The translations under genes were made by a program, and so were the position numbers. DNA of 63,499 nt, counting the filler, from Reticulomyxa filosa (taxonomy: Eukaryota; Protista; Foraminifera), in NCBI GenBank assembly GCA_000512085.1. It is 17 parts of 17 records of this genome, joined end to end, with 100 filler letters (N's around TTAATTAATTAA, not from the genome) between each part and the next. Parts side by side here need not be neighbours in the genome. Positions count along the whole stretch, not along the records: positions 1 to 15,919 come from ASPP01005442.1; 16 more parts are not named here. The stretch is one strand, 5' to 3'. Positions within the stretch are counted from its first letter, which is position 1. The number at the start of each line of letters is the position of its first letter. Below are positions 1 through 14,148 of this stretch, one piece after another. Below the pieces are notes generated by a model. That model worked only from the letters and a program-made list of their open reading frames with translations. It did not search any database and was not told where the DNA came from.

Positions 1-739
1 TCGATAATATTGCCTACACTCATTTGGCTTGGCAAATTGATTGAATATTAAAAAATTTCTTTACGTATTAAAAAAAAAGTGATTGGAAATATGGATTCTT
101 CTGCATTTGCATTTTTGTCCACATATTTAGAAGAGTAACACGGACACTCAAAGCAAAAATTAAAGAATTTACTTTTCTGTTATATATTTTTCACAATGTT
201 TTTGTGTTATTTTTTGGCCTGATATATAGTCTTAAAAAAGTTTAAATGTTGTACGTTATGTGTTTGGTCATTAGTAAAATTTCGTTATCAAAACATAAAA
301 GCAATATCTTTAAAAACGCTAAAGGAATATGCTTTTTTCTCGTTGTTTTTTTTCAACAGTTTTAATCAATTGAGCCTTGCCATTAATATATTATGATTAA
401 AAACAATCCCGAGTTTTTTCAATGACATCTGTAGTCAAAAAGAAAAAACTAAACGCTTTTTAAATTTTACTTTGCACACAGTACACAAAATATTCGTTTT
501 TAAAAATCAAAAACAAAACAAAAAAGAGTATGCAAAAACTTTTGAGAATAATCAAAAGTATTGCACCAAAAAGTAAAAAAGAGCTAACAAAATTTTTAAA
601 AAGCAAAAAAATCCATTGCACAAAAAAACAATACAAAATAGACATTAAAAACTACTGTCAAATCGAAAGATTGTCTTTGACGTCAAATAAGATGAGAGAA
701 TAAAACAGTTGAAATTTTTTTCTAGCCATTTTTAACCAA

Positions 740-3700
740 ATGGACGTAAAATCAGAAGCTATACAAAAACAAGAAAAAGTAGTTTGGGAGAAATATGAAA
801 AGCTGGCGCTCCTAAAACCTCGCTTTGGACTTTTATATGACGTCCATTATAAAGTTGATCCAAAAGAAGAAAAGTGGGAATGGTCTGAAGTATTACGAAA
901 TTTGGAAGCCCGAGAAATGGCATCAATTGAACAGTGGATCACTGAGACCGAACTCAGAGCAGAATTTCAACGGATGCTGGCAGATTTTTTAGATCCTTCA
1001 CGGACTTATTTACCACGAAATCCCTACCCAGAAATGGCAAAGCGATTTCGCCAAACTGAAATAAAGTTAATTTAATGAATATCTATAAAATAAAAATTTG
1101 ATTTGAGGGACCCCCTTAAAAAGTCGAAACGGAAAAAAAAAAAGAGTTAGGCGATTTCGTTCCATAGAAATAGTCAAACGTGTGCTTAAAGAAAATCCTT
1201 TTTTGGAACGGCGTCCAATGAAATTTGAAAAAAGTGGACTTTCCAAATGGAATAAGCCCTTGGTGTCAGCAACATTAAATGATACCGCAGGTTTTTCTAA
1301 TGATGGCAATTGCCGATATATTTATCGACGAAAAATGTTGCTTCAACTACAAGAGAGTGATGAGCTTGCAAAAAATTCATCTTTTCATCTGAACGATCAA
1401 ATCGCAGGCTCTAGCAATTCCATAAGTTTACAGAGGACATCGGAAGATAGAGCCAGTTCAATAAAAAAAAGCCCGAGCCACAACAAAAGCAACGGAGAAG
1501 AAGAAACAACCTCGGTGCATGGCTTTAGCCATGTTATTGAGTCTCTGGTGGATATAACATGGTTGAAAGGAGTGTGTAAGATATTGAAGCCATTAGTGCA
1601 GCCAATTGAAAGAATTCAAAATGGTTGTCGGGTTATGAAAATGTCAATACTATCCGGTCCAATTTTTTGGATGGACTCTCCCAAATTATTTCAATCGCTG
1701 TCAAATTCCAGTGTCATGTATTCTCACTTTGAAAATTACGAGAACTACAATCATTCCACTGGCTCCAAATTTGCAAGTCAGGCTCCAAAACAAAAGTGGC
1801 CTCACTGTGTTGCCAATGGGTACATTGAGTTATTTCATCATGTCGGAGTGATTGGTCAATCATTTGAAAGGTCGATTGAACTGTTTACAAAGATTATTCA
1901 AGAGCAAATCTATTGGATTGCTGTTACTTCCAAACAAGAGACTAACCATCGTTTTTTTTTTAGTATGCGTCAAGCCTCTTTTTTTTTTTTTTTCTCCATC
2001 CTCCGTTATTTAAACAAACACACAAAAAGTCCTGAGAGTGTACTCTGCTTGGGGGGGGGGATGAAGAATAGAGCGCATTTCTATGGTGTCGACAAGCAGC
2101 AAGATGGAGCATTGGGATATTACTGAAATTTTATCACAGCGCAAGAAATTTGAAAAAGAAATCAAAAGTTCAACTGTTGCAAAAAACTCCATAATGATGA
2201 AGGTGTGTGTAATATGCAATTTTTTTTGGCTTGTTTTGTTTTCATTTTCTTATTTCCATCCACACAATCGATCATCCTTTTCTTCCTCCTGCGGACACTA
2301 TATAGCTCTATTTTGTGTCACCGGACGATCGATTAATCCATACAGTCGTTTGCTCATGGTATTTTTATTATCGAAGACCTTCAGTGCAAAATTTCGAAAC
2401 ATGCAACTGTTATTTTGCATTCATTTCATTTTTTTTTTTAGTTGATTTATAAACTGGAAAACCCCTTTTTGGGATAGATGACGAAGAAGAAAAACTAGCA
2501 GAAGATTGGTCACCATTTTCGGTGCATGCTTATCATTCAGCATTTCATGGAATATTTTTGTCACAAAGAGATTTTAAATTGTTTTGTAACTTTTATAAAT
2601 CCTTTGAAATGACTAACCGCGAATTAGTAAGTGAATTTGCAAATTGGCAAATATCCGAGTGGCAAGTAATCTTAACGGCGCTGAACGAATTAAACTATGG
2701 TACTGTTGTTTCAAGTTTATTTCGATTGGCGTGCTTGGTGTCGCCTAGCGTTGTCGCCACAAACCATTCGATGGAAATACAAGACGTGAAAACTAAAAAA
2801 GATGAACCTTTGGAAAAGGAGGCTGTCAAAGAGAAAAATGCTTCCAAGACATCCAAATCGATACTAAATGGCAAATTTAACGCTACAGCCTCCACATCGA
2901 GTGAAAGAACACCCAATAAAAAAACATCAACCAATGAAGAGAACGACGGCAATGATTACGACAACACTGACATGGAAGAGAGCAGTGCGAGAAAAAAGGA
3001 TGCATTGCAGATGTTCCGAGATCAAGTTATACTCGAATTGCAATTGTGTTTGTTTTCGCATGCCGGATTGTTTCAAAGTTTTATTGACATAATGGATGCA
3101 ATAATTGACATTTTTGAAATCACAAATCAACATGTTCAACGTTACAACAAACAACAGCAACAACAATATGCAAATGAAGAAAACGGAGTGGAGACCAAAA
3201 AAATGGACAAATATATTGCCTATTATATATATCAATGTGTTTGTGCCATGTACGAACAATTCAAATGTATCAATCAGACGCATATCATGTTTCCCTTGCA
3301 CAGTGAATATATTCCTATTTTGCCACGATTGACCTATTTATTCGAGGAGTGCATCAGACTCCTTTCTACTGCACCTGCTCCGGACGAGCTTACTAACAGT
3401 AACAGAGAAAAGATGGAGCCATTTTTTGCCGATACTGTGTTGATGGGACATTTGAAAGAGTGCTTTTCTTTGCTAAATTTGGAGGGAGATGTGCTGATGA
3501 AAGATGAGTTGATGATGTGCTCCAAAACTTTGGAGTGGGTGCAAGAGCGGAGAAACTACTTACTTATGCCTACTCCCAATTATAACTTTCCGCCTTTGAC
3601 CGAGGTTATGGTAATCAAGGACTGTGTCAATTGTAATTCCATCCGCCATAAATTACCTCAAGCTTTGTTGCGTGAGGGCACACTTTTACAGTACATAGTG

Positions 3701-5752
3701 GATACGGAACTAGACAAGTGGCTGCAAGATGTTCTCTTTAAGACTTTAACTGGGTTTCATTTACTTAATCCTTTTGTACATATCGTCACTGAGGCACAAC
3801 AAATGTCGTTCAGGTCAATACTTTAGGCTAAGAGAAAGGGGAGGAGAAAAATGAAAAGTTCATTCTGTTTTGTTTTTTTAAAAAAAAAACACTTGCAGAT
3901 TTGACAGCTACAAAGTGATAGATCAAACGCTGGAAAAAAAAATAACTAATGAGCTACTTTCTGTTATAATTAATGGAAGAGTACTGGTAATAATATTAAT
4001 TGTTCAGATAACTTTTGTTATGTACCAGTACTTTTTTGCAATTTTATTTATATTTATAGTTTTACTGTTGCAATGGTTTATATGGCACCCGCCCTGCCTT
4101 GAAGCATATCAACACGTCCAAAGTGAATGAATTATTTGACCGAATAATTGACATATTCCCAAAAGAGTGTATGGTTGAAACAGGCAGCAGCAACGTTTAT
4201 GATTTGTTTGCTTTACATTTATCATTAACTAACGGAGTGGATTTGTTTCTTAAGAGAAGGGGGAAAAAGGTCAGAGCAATGTTGTTTTTTTTTTTCTGGA
4301 CATTAGGTAAAGATTGATTGGGCGTTGCATGATGATATCAGTTTATACGATAATTTTATCACCGAAATCACCACCATAGGTGCATTATGTAATATATATG
4401 TGGAATCTTCTGACTTGGACACGTCGTCAAACTTGTGTGGCGAGCATATTAGCGGTCTATGTAAGCATTTGATGAAAGCCTGTGAGAACGTGGTGTTTAT
4501 ATCTTTGAACATTGGGAATGCCTTTTGGAACCCTGAATTGCTCCGCCAAGACGTGCAGCAGCAGGCATCAGTGGCAATTCGCCAAGCGATCAAGCTAAGA
4601 CAAAAAGTGTCTATCACGTGCTTGTTGTTGCCATTAATGAAAGCGAGCAGCAGCAGCAGTGCAGCAGTAGGAAGTCGATACATTTGGTGCGAAATTGCGA
4701 TGCTGTGCATTCACCGTACAAAATCAATAGCACCCGAAATATCGAGTGCGAGCGCAATGGATAAGGTGCGATTATCGTGGACACATTCCTCGGGAATTTA
4801 CTTTACTTGTATTTTCAATGACAAAATGAAAGCACAAGAATTTTTTATGGCATTGCATTTGGATAATACAAAAACAAAAACAAAAACAAAAACAAATGCA
4901 AATGTAAATATAAATGTAAATACAAATGCAAGTGAAGTCAAACAAATTGTCGAAAGTATTAATAACATTTGCGAAAATGAAAATGAAAATGAAAATAAGA
5001 ATAAAGATAAAAATAATGATAATGATAATGATAATGATGATGATAATGATAATGATGATGATGAAAACCAGTCGACATGCTCGCCTTTGTTTAACGAATA
5101 CTACGAACATTTACAAAACGAATTACACGAAACTCACAAAAAAGCTCTGATTTTCGATTACTATTTGCGCTTGGTTTCGTTCAAAGCTCTCACCGGCAGT
5201 TTGCATGGACTGGTCGAAATATGGCGCTTCTTTGCCAATGCCACTTTGCCCGGCAAAATCTATCAAGCGATCGCACACTTGGAACTCATCCAACGCATCC
5301 TGGTCCAAATACGCGCCTGCAGGATCATCAAAAACCAAATCAAAAACCCGAGAGCTTTTGTCAAAAAACAAATCGGGTTTGTTGTCCAAATGTGCAGAGA
5401 TGTTATCTTCAATGACTCACTCACATTTTTAGATAGAATTGTTTTTGACTTTATGAGTTATTTCATATACATATATATATAAATACATATGTATACACAT
5501 ATATATATATATATATATATATATGTGTATAATATATTGGATATAATTGTGTGTTGTACGTATTGTGTATAAATGAAATTAGAGGAGTTGGACAAAATTG
5601 CAGCTGCGGTAGAAAGCGAAGATATTGATATGCTACTTGATGCGACGGAGGCGATGCATGGAGTAATGTATCCGCTGTTGCATGCCAACGCAAACTGTTG
5701 GGCCCATTTCCTGGAAAGCTACTCGCAAGGACTTGCGGTAGCTCATGTCTAA
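740..5752 (+). CDS. Large multi-exon hypothetical protein (about 7 exons), function unknown
   Basis: Co-oriented ORFs 740-1075, 1182-2126, 2083-2202, 2522-3826, 3915-, 4099- and 4325-5482 can be joined through GT..AG introns (about 1066-1150, 1951-2070, 2203-2477, 3813-3898, 3981-4039, 4237-4306, 5458-5582). The last exon reads EELDKIAAAVESEDIDMLLD...AVAHV* and stops at 5750-5752. Exon boundaries are approximate. Confidence 0.7.
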
Positions 5753-6574
5753 ACATGCAATACGGACTCAATCTTTTTGTTAATTAAAATGCTGGGTCTT
5801 GCTCAACTGCTTCAGCTTTGAAACAATAAAGCTGGTTTCACCAGCTCTACGATTAAGTCCATGAAACGTATAACAAACTTAGATTCTCAAAACTTACTTT
5901 ATTTTTCTGTAAAAAATCATATATTTAAAAAGATATAATTTGTCAATGTATGAGCGTGCTGTTTTTACAATTCTTTTTTGGCTCTTTTTCTAAAAATCGC
6001 TTTGATTACTTTTTAATGAGATCTTCCAATTTACTCATACAAAAAAATTTGATAAATGCGGCCATAAAAATCGTTTTATCTATATCAGCAATTCATGTAC
6101 AACATCATAAACATTTAACATCGTGCTTAGATTTTATTGATTTGATTTATGAACATGTAAATTCAAAGATTGTGTCTGTTTCATTAATTCCTTCTAAGAA
6201 AATATCTCTTCAAAAATAGAACGAGTACACAACTTTGTTGAACTCTTTATTATCTTCAGTAGGCAGTCGGTATAACTTTAGAACAAATATATCAATAATT
6301 TCAATCATATATGTAACGAACCAATCAAAAACTGTAAATTGTATAACCCATTTTTGGCAAAAATTATATATAATTTAAAGTTCCAACAGATTTAAGTTTT
6401 ACCTTCTTATCAAATTATCATTGCAATGTTAAAAGAAAATTTATTCATTTTATCAATATACATCTCACAAATAAAATATTTCATAATGTCATTATTCTTT
6501 CATGAAAAAGATTTTATCACAAAGCTAGAAATCAAATTTTTTTAAAAGGATTAAATAAAGTATTTTTGCATAAT

Positions 6575-6795
6575 TTCAAAAAAGAAGTGTCATTCATGTG
6601 AAATCAAAATAGTATAAATATAAAATATTTTTCTTTATGATGTCTATTATGTTAGTCATGTAAAAAAAAAAATATGTAAATTAGATGCCCTTGACTTGGG
6701 CGACAACCGAACATATTTCCACGCATTAATCTCAATTTTGAAATTCAATTATATGTCCCATTTTAATCACATTCAATGCACTTTTTATAAAATTA
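6575..6795. repeat. Diverged dispersed AT-rich repeat, copy 1
   Basis: ttcaaaaaagaagtgtcattcatgtgaaatcaaaata...cccttgacttggg...aaattcaattatatgt...cactttttata aligns by eye with 7588-7800. Confidence 0.75.
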
Positions 6796-7587
6796 TTTTT
6801 CAAAAAATTCAATGTTTACAATTCGAAACACAAATGAAAAGAGATTGTTTGAAACGATTTGTATTTTACATTTTATGTCCTAATTCTCCAAAAAAGTTGT
6901 AATAATATGTAATTCTTTTTATAAATGAACAATTTGTTTATATTTTTTTTTTTGTTTTCTTCATTAACAGAAGAATTGAAGTTTCATACATAACTATTTG
7001 CTCAAAGCAAAAAAAATTAAACCGTAAAGGCAAATTCTTTGTATTTGAAGCGATTTGTCTGTAGCAATAGTACTGAGCAAATTATACATGTCACTGCACT
7101 CAAGTCGTATGACGCAGATGAAGATCCTATTTAATACATTTACGACAGAAGCTTTCATTGCTTGGCCATAATCATACTACATACAATCTTTGCTTTGTTA
7201 TAGTTTCATACGTTAAAATTTCAATTCCTATTTCTAGGAAAAAATGTTTGAACACATTTCTAGCACGCCAGTATCGATGTAATATAAAATATATTCAAAA
7301 CCAAACAGAAAGTTATATTTGCTATTGTACTTTCAAATGATACATCATTAAAAGTATATTAGTTTTGAATTTTTGTACGATCTATGGATAATAAAATTTG
7401 ACATCAAACTTAGTATTTATCTCCAAAATCATATGCAAGTAAAAGCATTATGACAACAGAATAAAGCTTTTTTAGTAAACAATAAATAGTCAAGTTAAAT
7501 ATAACAACAAAATATGTTATTTGCGTCCGTGTTGCTTGTCAATTCAATAAATATTTTATATCTTAATTATTCTGGCAAAGATTATTT

Positions 7588-7800
7588 TTTCAAAAAAAAG
7601 AATTGTGATTCATGTAAAATGAAAATAATATAAATATTCAATACTTTTCTTTATTCAATTAATTATTATCATAAAAAAATATATTTAAATGAATTCCCTT
7701 GACTCAGGTAACAATTGATCGCATTTTCACTTATTGATCTCGATTTTAAAATTCAATTATATGTACTATTTTAATAACATGCAACACACTTTTTATAATA
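7588..7800. repeat. Diverged dispersed AT-rich repeat, copy 2
   Basis: ttcaaaaaaaagaattgtgattcatgtaaaatgaaaata...cccttgactcagg...aaattcaattatatgt...cactttttata; a direct repeat of 6575-6795. Confidence 0.75.
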
Positions 7801-8445
7801 TTTTTTGGAAGGATAAAATAGAAAGATATTTAAATATGAAAAAACTTGTCAGTTTTACTAACGAAAATTGATTTTTTCACATTTGTAATTGAAAATACGT
7901 GAATAATGATTAATCATTGTTACCATCCTAAGAAATATATTTTTACATGCGAGATTTTTCAAATGCTGAACAAACTTGCCCAAAGTTTCTTTATTGTCAA
8001 AAAGTGTGCAGAATTGAGTATAGTCTTCATTGCACAATAATAATGTTGACATTTGTTGCAGTTAATTCATTGTCTGAATTTAATCTTTGATTTCTTTTCA
8101 AAAGTTTAACGTTACCAATTGAGAGATGATCAATACACAATCAACACGACAGTCACATTTACTTGCTTTTTTCACATTAGCCAATGCCCAAATTCAATCT
8201 TCCAAGATATTTATCCAAATTAAAGCTTGCAATTTGTAACACAATTGATTTTTATAGTGTATTTCAATAAGATCAACAGACTGCAAAATACACAAATTGT
8301 ATCAATAGACTCGACGCATAATGCCTGTTCAAGACTCCTTCTCTTTTTCTGGCCTTTAAAAAAATTTTCCTTTCTCCGTTGTACCTTTTTTAATAAATAC
8401 TTTCGTTGTGGTGTTGATCTTTCATAATCCAACCAAATAGTAATA

Positions 8446-10393
8446 ATGAGTAAAAAAAATGCCAGAAATGCAGAAGGAGACATAGAAGACGATTTGTTCG
8501 ATTACGAACCAGATGAACTCGGTGACGACGAAGCAGAACATGAAAACGGTCTTGAAGCTGCGACAGACGATGCAAATAAAAGTGGAATTAAACCCGAAGA
8601 AAAAAAGCAAGACGAAAAGCCAAAGTTAGAACATTTTTCCTGTTAGTTTGCAAAGCTCACAGGCGTTTTTTGGATAAAGTTTGTGGGAACATTGAAACAA
8701 CACTTTATGTCGTGGATAAAAAAAGAGCTAAAAGTAGAGAAAAAGCGGAAAAAGTGGTAGTAAAGAGGAGGAGAAAAAAAAAAAACAAAAAAAAGAGGAA
8801 AAACATGTACGTATAAACACGTCATGAAAATGGCAAATTTTTGTGGGTGCGCTTGCTTTGGGTCAATGGAGTAATAAACCAAGATAAAAGTAAAAGTGCA
8901 TTCACGCATGAGAAATTGAACAACACGTATGTATTCCATGTACAGAGGAAGTTATGCGACGTTGGCCGATGCTACCTTCAAAGATATGTTATTGAATCCC
9001 GAGCTAAACAGAGCCTTAGGTGACGCCGGGTTTGAGCACCCCTCGGAAGTGCAGAATGAAGCCATTCCCAAAGCCTTGTTGGGCCAAGACATGATTGTTC
9101 AAGCCAAAGTATGCTTTTATTTTATTATTTTATTATTATGTGGTTTTTTTTTTTTTTAAAAGTAAAAAACATTTATTTTTTATAAAAATGCGCGCGATTG
9201 CGTGGAGGTGTAATTCCATTTTGTAATTTGTTTTCGAGAAAATGTTTTTATTTTTTAAAAAATTAAATATGTGTAGAGTGGCATGGGCAAAACGGCAGTA
9301 TTTGTATTGGCGGCTTTGAACCAAATCACTCCCGAAACAGGGGTGGTGGATACGCTTGTGATATGTCACACTCGAGAGATGGCATTTCAAGTGGCAGGAG
9401 AGTTTGAGCGCTTCAGTAAATACATGCCTGGCGTGATTACTGGAGTGGTATATGGAGGTGTTCCCTTTCCGGAATCGAAGCGAGTTATTGAAGAAGAGAA
9501 GCCACACATTCTGATTGGTACCCCAGGGCGCTTGGTTCACTTGCTGGAAGATGGGGCATTGAAACTGGACAAACTGAAACGCTTTGTCGTGGACGAGTGC
9601 GACAACTTGTTGAAAGAACTTGACATGCGCAAACAAGTGCAGCAAATATTTCGACAAACGCCTCACAACAAACAAGTGATGATGTTTAGTGCGACCATTG
9701 ACGAAGCTGCGCGTGCCGTATGCCGTAAATTTACCAAATCTCCGAAGGAGATCTTTGTGGATGACAAACAATTGACTTTGCATGGCTTGCAACAACATTA
9801 TGTCAAATTGCAAGAAAAAGATAAAAATCGAAAACTGAATGACTTATTGGATGCCTTGGATTTCAATCAGGTCGTTATATTTGTTAAGTCACAACCCCGA
9901 GCAGAGCAGTTGAACCGGTTGCTAGCTCACTGTTCCTTTCCCAGCATATTTGTGCACGGAAAGATGAAACAAGAAAAAAGATTGGAATACTTTAAGGCAT
10001 TCAAAGAATACAAACACCGCATTTTGGTTGCCACTAATTTATTTGGAAGAGGTGTGGATATCGAAAAAGTCAACATTGGTATGTTTGGTTTTGTGTGGAA
10101 TTGTTTTGTCAATTGATTGATTGATTCACTTTCATTCAATTTCAACTCAAATTAATCAACGGGGATTTGTTTGCGTGGGTTTTTTAATGTCAGTTATCAA
10201 TTATGACATGCCCAAAGATACGGACGAGTATTTGCACCGAGTCGGAAGAGCTGGACGATTTGGCACCAAAGGACTGGCAATCACCTTTGTCTCAACCGCT
10301 GAAGAAGCTGAGATTTTGGGACAAGTTCAAAGCCGATTTAAGGTCAAAATTACACCGCTTCCTAACGAAATTGCTAGCTCGTCGTACATGTAA
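8446..10393 (+). CDS. SUB2: Spliceosome/mRNA export DEAD-box (DECD) RNA helicase UAP56/SUB2, 4 exons
   Basis: Exons 8446-8624, 8946-9108, 9277-10078 and 10194-10393 splice in frame at GT..AG. The product has KGSY, the [10 protein letters not shown]-motif, QAKSGMGKT (motif I), CHTRE, GTPGR, DECD (diagnostic of UAP56/DDX39), FSAT, FGRGVD and [10 protein letters not shown]. Confidence 0.97.
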
Positions 10394-11288
10394 CACCGCG
10401 GCGAAATTGAACAAGAAAATTTCTTTCACACAACGGATTGCATAAATGTATGCTCCCATAATTTAATGATTACAAAGATACTGTTTCATTTGTTTGAACG
10501 CTTATTGTTTTTTTAAAAAAGCGCTTTTGCTGTCGCACAGGCTCAAAAAAAAATTAACATTCTCTGTCACGTCGCAAGCAAATGGAAAGAATAATGGGTT
10601 AACCTTTTTTAATTTGATAACTTCAACAATCGGCTTTTTGAAAAAGTTTCTAAACGGTATTTCGGCACAACCAGAAATTTGGATAATTTTTTTAGGAACG
10701 CCTGTTTCTCGCAATTGCGCGCTCCCAAATTGAAGTAGCGCCAATCAATAAATTTTTTTTATAGGAACAGTATTCCCTTCTGTTCGGTAGTTCTTATAAA
10801 AATATAAATTCTACTGCGTGAATATTTGAAAGTATTATTTTCAGAAATTTGATTGAAGAAAATACACTCCCCATTTAAACACAGATCGCAAAAGTGCACA
10901 ACATATTTGTAAACAAAAAAGTATACTGTTTATGAATATGAAAAAAATTGTATGCATACTGTGACAAACACTTATTTGATTAAGCTAATGTTAATTACTG
11001 TTCTTCAATTGCAATTCGTAATATATGTACAGTTGTATTTATCAATTCAAAAGATTAAACTTGACATGCAGCCCGAGTAATAGTTTCTGAGAAGAAAAAT
11101 TTTTTCAAATCAATGAAACTGTAAGTTTCACAAATAAAACATTGTAAATTCTAATTGAAATATTCATATCTATTGTCAAGACTACAAATAAAAGATAAAC
11201 GATTTAGTTGTTTAAAAACGGTAGCTTGACGAACAGTGAACCTTTAAAAAAAAGTAAATTGAGCAAATAAATATAGATAGCCTCAACA

Positions 11289-11858
11289 ATGTTGCGAGTT
11301 GTATATTCTAGACCTGTCTTTTTACGACAGAATGCATTCTTACTACGAGCTCAACGTGGTCTATTGACAGAAGGGAGAACAGAAAAACCGGCAAGCAGAG
11401 AAGCAGCAGACTGGCCCCGCTATAAAAACTTTACATTGGCAAATATATCAAAACTTAATGCAGATATAGAGGAAACCATGTTCACGTTGAGTGCTTGAAA
11501 ACCCAACATTCTTGTCAAACAAGCAAGGCAAATAACTATCTTAGAACTAGTATGTTGTTGAATTTACAGTCGCTTGCAGCGTCATTTGGACAAGACCAGA
11601 AGTATATTTGATAAGGCATTTGAAAAAGTGTTTAAAAAAAGGATTGAAGGAATTGGATATTGGATTATTGCACTGAGCGTTGTTTTTGTGAATTTGACGG
11701 GACTCAATATGCAAATGAAAAAAAATCAACAGTTGAGGTTACAAGCAGATGATGTGCTATTGTTCAAGCAACAATTGAAAACTGAAATTGAACAAATCAA
11801 AGAGGATATACTCAAAACAAAACAGATTCTCATTGAAAAAAATATTCCAACCGATTAG
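11289..11858 (+). CDS. Small, probably mitochondrion-targeted single-pass membrane protein, 2 exons
   Basis: Arg-rich, acid-free N-terminus (MLRVVYSRPVFLRQNAFLLRAQRGL), an intron at about 11486-11569, a hydrophobic segment GIGYWIIALSVVFVNL, then a coiled-coil-like C-terminus. Confidence 0.65.
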
Positions 11859-12383
11859 TAATCCAAAACATGTTTTCTTTCTCTTGAGCTGATTCTTTTT
11901 TCTTGTTCTTCCTTTGGCCTCCACTCATCAATAAAGGATAAAAAAGCTTTCAAATTATTATTACGCTTAATAAATGATATTTTGAAAATGCTATTTGTAT
12001 GTGAATTTTATGAGTAAAACATAATCTATCTTCTTAGTAAATTGTTTGGGCATTTTCACTGGAAAGATACAAATGACAAAAGTCTGCCAAAGCTCAAGAC
12101 AAAAAGGACTGTATGTAAGGTCTTCCACTAAGGTTAGAATTTAAGAAAGATAAGCTTTTGAACATTTTTAAAAAACTCATAATGAAGTACATTTATTGTG
12201 ATATGGATCTACAATTCTAACAAAACAAAGAAACGTATTGTTCTTGGAATCAAAATGAGAATGTTGGCTCAATTACATAAACCATTTGATCAACTTCACA
12301 AGTGAGAATTATTTGAAAAAAATTATTTTTTCATTCAGGAAAGAAAAAAAAGTATGGTATGTTATCAAAAGCGAAACGTGAAG

Positions 12384-12809
12384 TTATTGTTGGGTGGTTT
12401 TAATAATATCTCTTTCTGACATCTGATTGAAGTGAGAGATTAATGTATCATCGTCAACCAAATACCACCAATAAATAAAGAATGAGGCGTAGACGAGGTT
12501 TAGCCCAAGATCACCAGCAAGTAGAATCACGTAGTCGGCTATGGACAATCAATAAGCACAAAAGGTCTAAGTTGGTGTGCGGACATTCGCAAAGAAAAAG
12601 ATATTTTGAAAGAACATACGATCGCGAACAGTCCATCTTTCCATCCATGTTGAGTGTGTTGGGAGAGGAGGCCATGCAAAGCCACCACCTGCAAATCTCC
12701 TTTGGAAGTTTGAACGACAAATAGCATTGCCCTTTACTGAATTGCTTGACAATGTGATGGATTTATTGTGCAATGGCGATTTGGTTACGAGGCGACGAAA
12801 CATACTCAT
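12384..12809 (-). CDS. Probable mitochondrial complex I accessory subunit NDUFB2 (AGGG)-like, 2 exons
   Basis: Splicing the intron 12619-12539 (GTATGT..CCATAG) gives a presequence ending RRF|AGGG, then ...VRDPDYVILLAGDLGLNLVYASFFIYWWYLVDDDTLISHFNQ...*. This resembles the NDUFB2 mature N-terminus AGGG and its aromatic TM followed by D..xxHF. The second exon is absent from the ORF track. Confidence 0.55.
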
Positions 12810-13311
12810 TTGTTGGCCCGGTTAACTTCTCACCAAAGAAATAAGAATGTCAATGATGAACGACAATTGTCAACAACAAAAAAATCCCCCAATAGTCCTA
12901 AAACACTCAAAAATTTCTGCAAAAAATGAAAGAAATTATGTTTTTTGTCAATTCAAAAAAGCATTGCCATTAGTTGATAAAATTGCGGTCAAGTATGAGT
13001 TTTAGAAAACAATGTTAACAATAAGTGTTTAGAACTTTTTGGGGTGATCACTAGCTATAATCATAAACAATATACAATTATTTTAGTTTTACAAAATATC
13101 ATTGATCAAACTTGCATGCAAAATCAATGATGTGTGTCATCTTGGAGAACGTTTATCATTCCAAAAAAAAAAAAAAAAAATTATAAAACGAACAAAAGAA
13201 TATAAAAAAGAAATTAATTGCCAAAATGACCTTTTTTTTTTTTTTTAAAAAAAAAAAACGCAAACATATACACATGTATGGTTTGTGTGACAAATCAACC
13301 CAATAAATTTT

Positions 13312-14115
13312 TTAATCTGGATTCGGATGTGAAAAAAGCGGTGCGCTTGTATCTGGAATAAGCTTATTTGGACTTGTCTTTCTAATGTGCAACAAGGCAA
13401 AAAGAGCGTTTGCATAAGACTTGTCTTTTTTTTCCAACAAGCAAACACACAAAACAAAAACAAAAACAAAAACAAAAACAAAAACAAAATAAAACTTGCG
13501 CTTTCGGTTGGATGAGGCAGATTGATGTGATTGTCGATGAGAATGAAGAGGATTGTTTTCGACAAAGCGATCCATGGAGCCATTGAAAAAGCCAAATATT
13601 TTGGGACGAACAGTGCCTTTCAATTCTTTGGTGATCAAGGACTTGCCTCCAATCTCGCCAACGAAAGGAGGACAAACGGCATACGCGGTGACGCGTTTGG
13701 TGTCGATCAAAGCGCGCAAGTAGAGATCGCTATGGCCACGCATGGGCAGATACTTGAGGGCCTCCACAATGCCGTCGCGTGTGAACAAGATGGCGGTTTC
13801 AAGTGAAAAAGTCTGCGTTTGTCTGTACGTGTAAATGCGTTTGGAGGGAGTGGGCAGCAGCGTATGAATGTTGTTGCGATTGGGCGAGTAGCACCAATCG
13901 AACGGGAACAGCTGCAGCCAATGCCACGTGGGATTGACAGAAAAAGGCTGAGACACCGTATCTCCAGATTGTCGTGTGAATGTATGATAATATACTTGGT
14001 AATGTTGAGTGAACGACAGCAACTCATTCATATGAAAGGAGAGTTGTTTATCAAAGTCTTGGGGCAGCCAAACATCATCTTCTAATGATAGCAAATACTT
14101 CCTAATTTTTTTTTG

Positions 14116-14148
<33 letters not shown>

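Noticed and set aside
4772-5150. Poly-Ile, poly-Met and poly-Leu ORFs (also at 29591, 29644, 39117 and 39272)
   Set aside because: These are alternate-frame or antisense readings of AAT/GAT/AGCAAT microsatellites inside real exons.
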